A program made the position numbers and the translations under genes. Of a stretch of 20,000 bases of DNA, positions 13,205 to 20,000 are shown one piece after another. This stretch comes from an uncultured virus (IMG/VR IMGVR_UViG_3300046786_000599) (taxonomy: Duplodnaviria; Heunggongvirae; Uroviricota; Caudoviricetes). The stretch lies in IMG/VR virus record IMGVR_UViG_3300046786_000599. One strand, written 5' to 3'. The notes under the pieces are model-generated. The model was not told where the DNA came from. It did no database searches and worked only from the letters and a program-made list of their open reading frames with translations. Numbering within the stretch: the first letter of the stretch is position 1; each line of letters opens with the position of its first letter.

Positions 13205-13453
13205 ATGGATAGACAAAAAAAGCAGAGTATCATAAATGCGGTGACAGAAGAGTTTAAACGAAGACAGTGGTTTAATGGTTGTGGTTTTGACGATGATAGG
13301 CTAATTATAGCTTACAACTATTATCCAGCGTTTGAACTTGTTCAGTTTAAATCCGCAATGTTGAAGTATGGCGTGGAATATGATTTGAAAGATATTCGTG
13401 TTGTGTTGCCAGGATCACAAAAAGACGACGTGCCATCTTATATCAAACAATAA
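13205..13453 (+). CDS. Hypothetical protein
   Basis: 82 aa, in operon. Confidence 0.75.
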   Translation: MDRQKKQSIINAVTEEFKRRQWFNGCGFDDDRLIIAYNYYPAFELVQFKSAMLKYGVEYDLKDIRVVLPGSQKDDVPSYIKQ

Positions 13454-13454
13454 A

Positions 13455-13997
13455 ATGTCCCCCAATGTATTACAACGGACCAAATGCACTGTCATTGGTC
13501 CCATGCAGTTTGCTGATGGTACTGGCATCCGAAACTATTTCAAGGATGCTTTTGGAAAACGTAACATAACGGTATTCGATCACTATAACAACCCATTTTT
13601 ATTCGAACATATTAAGGACGACAAAGAAACCGGTCTTAAGATAAAGAAACTTGTCGAGGAAGAGAAGTGGGAAGAAATTGCTGAACATAAGAAGATTCGA
13701 ATTTATGATTTGGCTTTAATTGATAAGTCAGATTTTATAGTGGTTAACTACAATCCACATATTCAAACATGTGGAACGTGGGAAGAATTCTTTTGGGCAA
13801 ATCGAATGAAGAAACCTATTTTCTTCATTAATGAAATAGAGTTCAAACTGACTCCGGTTTGGGTGTTTTGGACAATCCCTGTTAAATACGTTTACAAGAA
13901 CAAAGAATCAGTTCTTCAAACTATAGCCGATATTGATGACGGTGTGTTACCAATTGATTCAGACAGATGGAAACTGCTTAAACCAGAATTGAGGTAA
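13455..13997 (+). CDS. Nucleoside 2-deoxyribosyltransferase / nucleotide N-glycosidase-like protein
   Basis: VIGPM...VFDH...YDLALIDKSDFIVV...TCGTWEE...KKPI matches the NDT-like pattern D-L-x-x-I-x-x-S-D...G-T-x-x-E...K-P. ATG 13455 follows the previous stop. Confidence 0.75.
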   Translation: MSPNVLQRTKCTVIGPMQFADGTGIRNYFKDAFGKRNITVFDHYNNPFLFEHIKDDKETGLKIKKLVEEEKWEEIAEHKKIRIYDLALIDKSDFIVVNYNPHIQTCGTWEEFFWANRMKKPIFFINEIEFKLTPVWVFWTIPVKYVYKNKESVLQTIADIDDGVLPIDSDRWKLLKPELR

Positions 13998-14000
13998 ATT

Positions 14001-14141
14001 ATGGAATCGTTAATTGTAGTATTGTTGGCATTGTTGTTGGTATATCTTTACACTCTAGTTCCAAAATCTAAAGGAAAACCAAAGGAATTTGGAAAAGGAA
14101 TGTTCATAAGTAGTAATAATTCGGATTTTGGAAAGCACTGA
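14001..14141 (+). CDS. Small membrane protein (46 aa)
   Basis: GAGG upstream; MESLIVVLLALLLVYLYTLVPKSKGKPKEFGKGMFISSNNSDFGKH*. Confidence 0.6.
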   Translation: MESLIVVLLALLLVYLYTLVPKSKGKPKEFGKGMFISSNNSDFGKH

Positions 14142-14142
14142 T

Positions 14143-14427
14143 ATGCCTTACATTAGAAAAGAGGAACGTGAACGGTATGACATAACTATAGACCGAATCA
14201 CAACGTTGTTGCTTGATAAGTTTCCTGGTGATAACAACAGACACTTTCAAGTAGGTGATTTGAATTACATAGTATCGTCTATAGTTTGGACATTGTTCGA
14301 TTCAAACCCATCTTACACTAGAGGCAATGAACTTGTGGGGGTATTGGAATGTGTTAAACAAGAGTTTATTAGACGACGGTTAAATGACTATGAAGATTTA
14401 AAAATAAAAGAAAACGGAGATTTGTAA
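14143..14427 (+). CDS. Conserved phage protein of unknown function (MPYI...GDLNY...GVLECVKQEF.RR...YED.KI.ENGD family)
   Basis: Recognisable motif pattern of a widespread small phage family; ATG 14143 preferred. Confidence 0.75.
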   Translation: MPYIRKEERERYDITIDRITTLLLDKFPGDNNRHFQVGDLNYIVSSIVWTLFDSNPSYTRGNELVGVLECVKQEFIRRRLNDYEDLKIKENGDL

Positions 14428-14454
14428 CGTTTTGTATTTATAGTCTGAGACAAA

Positions 14455-17151
14455 ATGTCTATACTAAAATCACTTCTTAAAAATAGCAAAGGAGTTCTAT
14501 TTCATTCCCCAAAAGGAATTTCTGAATATGCTGAGTCGGGAAAAAGAACTGTTCACCAATTATGCGAACAGGAAATTCCCGTATCTTGGCATCAGTTTTC
14601 TGTAGATGATTTAACCAACGATGAAACTGATTCTATTTATCAGTTAGCCAAGAAGACTTTAAATAAAAATCTGGAGTTCGACACTGCTATTTTTTGTTGT
14701 ACTCCAGATGTTTGGTTTAATCATATAGAAAAATATAAAATTAAGTTTCTTAGAAAAAAGAAAATTGGTTATACTGCTTGGGAGACGAACAAGTTTCCTG
14801 ATTTATGGGTTAAGTATTGTAATTTAATGGATGAAATATGGGTTCCTAGTAAATTCAACAAAGAGGTTTTAGAACGATGTGGTGTAGAAGTTGCTGTTAA
14901 AGTTGTTCCTTATCCATTTATTGAACGAAATTTATACGAAATCAATGCAGAGACGATTTCTAAATTGATTGCAATGTCTATATGGCATGGAGGAGAGAAA
15001 GAACAATTCAATTATAGTTCAGAATATAAAATATTTTATACAATTGGAGAGTGGTCTGATAGATCAAATATAGAATGCGTCGTAAGATCTTTTTGTAAAG
15101 CGTTCACTATAAACGATAAAGTTAAATTAGTTATAAAAACTTATCGAGAAGATTATTCAAAAAGAAACATAACGTATTGTGCAAATCAAGTTGAGACTTT
15201 ATTAAAGAAATTCCCAGACCATCCTGAAATTCTTCTTATTACAGAAAACATTTCCGTTCAAGATACACTTCTTTTACATTCAATAGGAGATTATTATATT
15301 TCCTTTTCCAGAGGAGAAGGATTTTCCATAGATATATTTGATGCTTTCAATTACAATAAAAAAGTAATAACAACCGGTTATGGCGGTCAGTGTGATTATT
15401 TAGATAAAAATTATGATGGTTATGTTAATTTTACACTCGTTGATGTAAGTTATAAAGATAAAGAAAAGATTTATAGTGACGATCAAAAATGGGCAGATCC
15501 TTTAGTAGACGATTGTGTTTTTAAACTTAAAGATGTATTAAAAATTACAAAATCCGTCAACGAAACGCCTATAACTCTTAAAAATGGGTGGTATTTTTTG
15601 GAAAAGAAGAATGGAGTTATTTTTAGACAATCATCTCCAACCTCAACATTAACGATTAATGATGGTTCATACGATTTTGTAAAGTTAAAAGTTAAGTATG
15701 AAAATGGCGTTTCTACTAAAAACTTCACTGTATTGATTGATTCTTTGATTAAACGAGATTTTGTATTAACAAAAAACGTTATTCAAGAAATCTTAATTCC
15801 TATAACAGGAATAAAGCAAATAGATTTTTCTATAATCGGAGACCAATCGGATACAGTAAAACAAGATAATAGACTTCTTGGCATTTCGTTGGAAAGCGTA
15901 TCTTTAATAAAGAACAATTCGGTTTCAACGTATACTGTTGATAAAGTTTTAACAGAAAATGAGTTATCTGAACTTTATGTTTTTTCTAAACAAGAAAAAG
16001 AGTTACAGAAAATGCCAGATTTTAACCAAACGATTCAATCGCTTAATTATGAATTGAAACCGTTTGGATCAAAGATTACGCAAGTGAGAGTAAAAAACGA
16101 ATCCGAGTTTAATGGCATAACATACATAGGACAATATGGTACCAGTGGCTATGCTACAGCTGCCAAAGGAAATTTAATACATTTCTTTACTAAAGGAGTT
16201 CCTATTTCTTGGATTCCTCTTTACTTTGATAATTCACAATTAAGCGATGAATGTTTTTACAATGCAATGGTAAAATCTCTTATCAAGAAACCTATAGATA
16301 ATTTCGATACAGTCATCCTTCATTGTACTCCAGACCTTTGGTCTGAAATGCGTAGTCGTCATAAGGATCTGATGAAAGACAAAAAAGTGATTGGATATAC
16401 TGTATGGGAGACCAATAAATTGCCTTATTTGTGGGTCGAATCTATTAATGATTATGTTGATGAAGTTTGGTGTCCTTCTGAACACAACAGATTTGTGTTT
16501 AAAGAATCCGGAGTAAAAATTCCAATAAAAGTGTTTCCTCATATATTCATGCCAAAAGAATTGCCTTTAAAAGAATCGGTATTAATGAATGTATTGGATG
16601 GGGAGATAGTAAACAAAGAAAATTCGTATTACACATTTTATAACATCAGTGAGTTAAATCCGAGAAAAGGTGTAGAAGATTTGGTAAAAACGTTTTGTAA
16701 AGCGTTTTCTTCAAAAGATAAAGTTCGTTTAATACTGAAAGTACATTATAAGAACTATGATGATAAGAATAAAAAATATTGTATTAGTGTGTTAAATGAT
16801 ATAATATCGACTTATGAAAATCCTCCCAAAATTCATATAATTTTAAATAACTTAACAGAACGTGAGATATTAGGATTACATTCTATAGGAGATTGTTATG
16901 TTTCTCTTTGTAAGTCTGAAGGATTTGGACTTACAATATTTGAAGCGTTTAAATATGACAAAAAGGTAATAACAACTGGTTATGGTGGGCAAATAGATTT
17001 TCTTGGTAATAATTATGAAGGGTTAGTTAAATACAAACTTGAAAATGTCGTTGGGATGGATGGTTTTGCTAAACATTATTCGGAAGATCAAAAATGGGCA
17101 TATCCGGATTTAAAACATGCTGAAGAGTTAATGATAAAAGCAACAAGATGA
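14455..17151 (+). CDS. Tandem GT-B (GT4-like) glycosyltransferase with a central beta-rich domain
   Basis: Two homologous halves (GYTAWETNK/GYTVWETNK, DEIWVPS/DEVWCPS, GEGFS/SEGFG, KKVITTGYGGQ twice, DQKWA twice); central GWY..E...DNRLLGI domain. Confidence 0.9.
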   Translation: MSILKSLLKNSKGVLFHSPKGISEYAESGKRTVHQLCEQEIPVSWHQFSVDDLTNDETDSIYQLAKKTLNKNLEFDTAIFCCTPDVWFNHIEKYKIKFLRKKKIGYTAWETNKFPDLWVKYCNLMDEIWVPSKFNKEVLERCGVEVAVKVVPYPFIERNLYEINAETISKLIAMSIWHGGEKEQFNYSSEYKIFYTIGEWSDRSNIECVVRSFCKAFTINDKVKLVIKTYREDYSKRNITYCANQVETLLKKFPDHPEILLITENISVQDTLLLHSIGDYYISFSRGEGFSIDIFDAFNYNKKVITTGYGGQCDYLDKNYDGYVNFTLVDVSYKDKEKIYSDDQKWADPLVDDCVFKLKDVLKITKSVNETPITLKNGWYFLEKKNGVIFRQSSPTSTLTINDGSYDFVKLKVKYENGVSTKNFTVLIDSLIKRDFVLTKNVIQEILIPITGIKQIDFSIIGDQSDTVKQDNRLLGISLESVSLIKNNSVSTYTVDKVLTENELSELYVFSKQEKELQKMPDFNQTIQSLNYELKPFGSKITQVRVKNESEFNGITYIGQYGTSGYATAAKGNLIHFFTKGVPISWIPLYFDNSQLSDECFYNAMVKSLIKKPIDNFDTVILHCTPDLWSEMRSRHKDLMKDKKVIGYTVWETNKLPYLWVESINDYVDEVWCPSEHNRFVFKESGVKIPIKVFPHIFMPKELPLKESVLMNVLDGEIVNKENSYYTFYNISELNPRKGVEDLVKTFCKAFSSKDKVRLILKVHYKNYDDKNKKYCISVLNDIISTYENPPKIHIILNNLTEREILGLHSIGDCYVSLCKSEGFGLTIFEAFKYDKKVITTGYGGQIDFLGNNYEGLVKYKLENVVGMDGFAKHYSEDQKWAYPDLKHAEELMIKATR

Positions 17152-17155
17152 AATT

Positions 17156-18190
17156 ATGAAAATTTTATACATGTCATGTCATATAGTTTTAGAATATGAC
17201 GAAGTACGGTTACTTCACGATTTGGGACACGAAGTATTTTCAATAGGAGGATATTGTGATCCTAGAAAACCTCATAACAATATGAGACCGCCTTTGGATT
17301 TTGACGCAAATCAAGAAGTATTGTCTTTATTCTATCACATGTGTCATCAAAATTTTTTAAAAGGAATTCCAGAAGGAGAGTGTGGAAAACACGTTACTAA
17401 AGAATTTGTAGATTATTTTGATTGTGTTATAGTTGCACATAGAGAAGATTGGATAAAATTAAATTGGGATGTGTTTAAATCAAAACGAGTTATTCTCAGA
17501 ACAATTGGACAGAACACTATAACGAATGAGGAAAATTTAAAACGTCTTATAGATAAAGGCGTTAAAATAGTTAGGTATTCTCCAAAAGAACGAATGATTA
17601 AGAATTTTGTAGGAGAGGATACAATAATAAGATTTTTGAAATATAAGTCGGATTTTAAAAAAAGAAACATAGTAAATAAAAATGCAATGACGTTTGGACA
17701 AAGTGTTAAACATAGAGAAAAATTTTGTTTCGGACATTGTGTAGAAATGATTTCGAAACAAGTTGTATATAAGTTATATGGTCCTGAAAACGAAAGTTAT
17801 AGTTTTAACGGAGGTTTTTTGTCTTATGAAGAACAAATAGATAAACTTTCGAATACATCAGCATATTTTTATACAGGAACATATCCGGCTCAATATACTT
17901 TAAATTTTCTTGAAGCTATGTTGGCAGGAATACCAATAGTATCAATTGGATCTGAAATAATAAAAGATTTTGGTGAACCGTTTCCTTTTGAAGTTCCAGA
18001 TATTTTAGATACAATTCATCCGGAATTGTATTTCGATTACATCAATCAAATTTCTTTTCGATTAAATGAATTAATTCAAAATGAAAGTTTAAACAAAATG
18101 ATATCTGAAAAGCAATTAGAAGTTGCAAACAATCTTTTCAGTGTAGAAAAAAATAAATATCAATGGAATGATTTTTTATACTCTTTATGA
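17156..18190 (+). CDS. GT-B fold glycosyltransferase
   Basis: MKILYMSCH...LHDLGHEV...YTLNFLEAMLAGIPIVS. Confidence 0.8.
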   Translation: MKILYMSCHIVLEYDEVRLLHDLGHEVFSIGGYCDPRKPHNNMRPPLDFDANQEVLSLFYHMCHQNFLKGIPEGECGKHVTKEFVDYFDCVIVAHREDWIKLNWDVFKSKRVILRTIGQNTITNEENLKRLIDKGVKIVRYSPKERMIKNFVGEDTIIRFLKYKSDFKKRNIVNKNAMTFGQSVKHREKFCFGHCVEMISKQVVYKLYGPENESYSFNGGFLSYEEQIDKLSNTSAYFYTGTYPAQYTLNFLEAMLAGIPIVSIGSEIIKDFGEPFPFEVPDILDTIHPELYFDYINQISFRLNELIQNESLNKMISEKQLEVANNLFSVEKNKYQWNDFLYSL

Positions 18191-19185
18191 ATATTTTAGT
18201 AGACCACCACCACGGAGCTCTTTTAAGAAGTATGTCTTATTTGTTTAAAAAAAGATTTAATTGTAGAGTTTTTGTTCCAAAAGGAATGGAGTGGTTAGAT
18301 GAAACTAGGTTATATTCGTGTTATCCTATGCGTGATACTGCGGATCAAATGTTAAATTCGTGGGTTTGGGATTCAAAATATAATAATGAGTTTGAACCAT
18401 TGACATTAGAGATGTTTAAAAACATACACATTGATGTTATAGTATCTAGTTTATGGGAAAATCATTCTATATTTGATAATATAATAAAAACACATGATAA
18501 AAAATCAAAATTAGTTCTACAGGTAGGGAATAATATACATCCAAATTTAGTATATAGTACCAATACTAGAAATTTGTTATCTTCATCTTGGCCAACATAT
18601 GTAAAATCTGATGTAAAGAATAAAGTGTTTTATCATCAAGAGTTTAACACAGATTTATTTTCTGTACCGCTTATAAGCGATGTTAATATAAAATCTGTAG
18701 CTAATTTTAAAAATATTATGGAAGAGGATTTCCATTTATTTACTGAGTTGGAACGTAGATTGCCAGATTGGACTTTTAAAGCATATGGCGCTTTAAATAG
18801 AGACGGTAGTATTCACGATTCTGAATTAGATATATCCAACGAAATAAAAAAGTTTGGATTTATATTTCATGTAAAAAAGGATGATGGATATGGTCATATA
18901 ATTCACAATTCATTTGCTTGTGGTAAACCTATGTTAATAGATTACAAAAAAACATCGGTGGATTGGAACGGAGAATTAATACCAATTACAGCAAATAAAC
19001 TATATGATAATAACGATACTATTATAGACGTAAATAATGGAGTAGATTTTATTGTGGAAAAATTGTTGTATATGTCAAACAATTATAAACGATATTCAAA
19101 TATAGTTTATTCAAAATTTCAAAAAATTGTAAATTTTGACAAAGAACAAACCGATATAGAAAAATTTCTAAAAAATTTAGTATGA
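18187..19185 (+). CDS. GT-B fold glycosyltransferase-like protein
   Basis: MNILVDHHH...FIFHVKKDDGYGHIIHNSFACGKPML (variant of the EGFG..EA.ACG.P motif). Confidence 0.72.
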   Translation: MNILVDHHHGALLRSMSYLFKKRFNCRVFVPKGMEWLDETRLYSCYPMRDTADQMLNSWVWDSKYNNEFEPLTLEMFKNIHIDVIVSSLWENHSIFDNIIKTHDKKSKLVLQVGNNIHPNLVYSTNTRNLLSSSWPTYVKSDVKNKVFYHQEFNTDLFSVPLISDVNIKSVANFKNIMEEDFHLFTELERRLPDWTFKAYGALNRDGSIHDSELDISNEIKKFGFIFHVKKDDGYGHIIHNSFACGKPMLIDYKKTSVDWNGELIPITANKLYDNNDTIIDVNNGVDFIVEKLLYMSNNYKRYSNIVYSKFQKIVNFDKEQTDIEKFLKNLV

Positions 19186-19853
19186 ATATAACAAATTATA
19201 TATTACAAAAATCGAGTTTAAAAATATATCAAGAACCGACAGATTTTAGATATAAAATGTTTAATACAGGAGGAGTGGAGTGTGAAATCGGAGAGTTTTT
19301 ATATTCTTTGGTTAGAATGATAAAACCTATTTCAATATTAGAAACAGGTACTCATTTTGGTATTTCCAGCACTTATATGGCGTTGGGAATGAAACACAAT
19401 GAAACGGAAAATGGTGTTGTGACAACAATTGATCCGATTTATTGGTCAGAAGCAAAAACTTTACATGAAAAAATGGAAGTGTTGATGTATATAAAACAAG
19501 TCGAAATGCATGCCGAAAATTATAATACTTCAGATGAATACGATTTAATGTTTTTAGATTCGGAACCAATTCTTCGATTTAACGAATTTGATAAATTTTT
19601 TAGAAATTTAAAACCAGGAGGAATTGTTTTAATACACGATTTACATCCACATTTTTGTTATGGTAATATAAACACAGACCATCCAATGTTTAAACATTGG
19701 CCATATGGGGATTTTACTCAAAAGTTGGGTCCATATATAAAAAATTTAGATGTTCAGATTATATCATTTACTACTCCAAGAGGAATAACGATGTTTCAAA
19801 AAAAATCACTAAATATGTCATATGTTTCATATTTAAACAACACTTTATTATGA
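19182..19853 (+). CDS. Class I SAM-dependent methyltransferase (Methyltransf_24 / O-methyltransferase-like)
   Basis: ILETGTHFGIST, TTID, YDLMFLDS, LKPGGIVLIHD. Confidence 0.88.
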   Translation: MNITNYILQKSSLKIYQEPTDFRYKMFNTGGVECEIGEFLYSLVRMIKPISILETGTHFGISSTYMALGMKHNETENGVVTTIDPIYWSEAKTLHEKMEVLMYIKQVEMHAENYNTSDEYDLMFLDSEPILRFNEFDKFFRNLKPGGIVLIHDLHPHFCYGNINTDHPMFKHWPYGDFTQKLGPYIKNLDVQIISFTTPRGITMFQKKSLNMSYVSYLNNTLL

Positions 19854-20000
19854 CAAGTCTTTTGTTACCAACTCCTGGAGATCCTTTAATATTAGATACG
19901 TGGTTAAGAAATTATAAAAAATATGAATATTTAATAGACGAGTGTATAATTTGTATAAATGGAGTTAGTGTTCCTGTTGATATATTAACAAACAATTTAC
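19850..20000 (+). CDS. Partial ORF, possibly a GT-A (GT2-like) glycosyltransferase N-terminus
   Basis: ATGA overlap; MTSLLLPTPGDPLILDTWLRNYKKYEYLIDECIICINGV... has a GT2-like start pattern; truncated by the window. Confidence 0.5.
   Translation, partial: MTSLLLPTPGDPLILDTWLRNYKKYEYLIDECIICINGVSVPVDILTNNL

Noticed and set aside
13398..13454. Upstream extensions from TTG/GTG starts in the ORF track (879, 2848, 4462, 8008, 9967, 13398, 14128)
   Set aside because: Downstream ATGs fit promoters, SDs or gene packing better.
1..20000. Stop-codon reassignment (no called gene ends in TAG)
   Set aside because: All long genes are intact under the standard code with no in-frame TAG or TGA, and TAG is normally the rarest stop in AT-rich genomes; no positive evidence.
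1..20000. tRNA, rRNA or structured ncRNA genes
   Set aside because: Intergenic gaps are short and AT-rich; no cloverleaf or GC-rich stems recognised.

Overview
AT-rich, gene-dense segment of a large T4-like (probably jumbo) tailed phage genome. Left: a partial PD-(D/E)XK (RecB/Cas4-like) exonuclease on the minus strand, preceded by a decayed homing-endonuclease (HEG) fragment, then a FecR-domain protein, a GNAT + kinase-like fusion, a macrodomain and small hypotheticals. Middle: replication module with family B DNA polymerase, amino-DNA methyltransferase, gp45-like sliding clamp and gp44/RFC-like clamp loader, interrupted by two free-standing HEGs (Vsr/Hef-like and GIY-YIG). Right: a nucleoside deoxyribosyltransferase-like protein and the start of a glycosyltransferase/methyltransferase cluster. 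Main unexplained signals: (1) the two unrelated HEGs each sit behind a homologous, unannotated ~50-aa basic 'MGRKK...YY' microprotein gene whose Tyr-Tyr-Glu codons supply the HEG ATG in the +1 frame, with a shared upstream motif; (2) the polymerase promoter, Shine-Dalgarno (SD) and probable ATT start lie inside the 3' end of a HEG; (3) polymerase and methyltransferase share the C-terminal tail EFFS, a candidate clamp-binding motif; (4) a 31-bp promoter-containing direct repeat flanks a single small gene; (5) several apparently leaderless sigma70-type promoters. Family calls come from motif recognition by eye; no searches were run.
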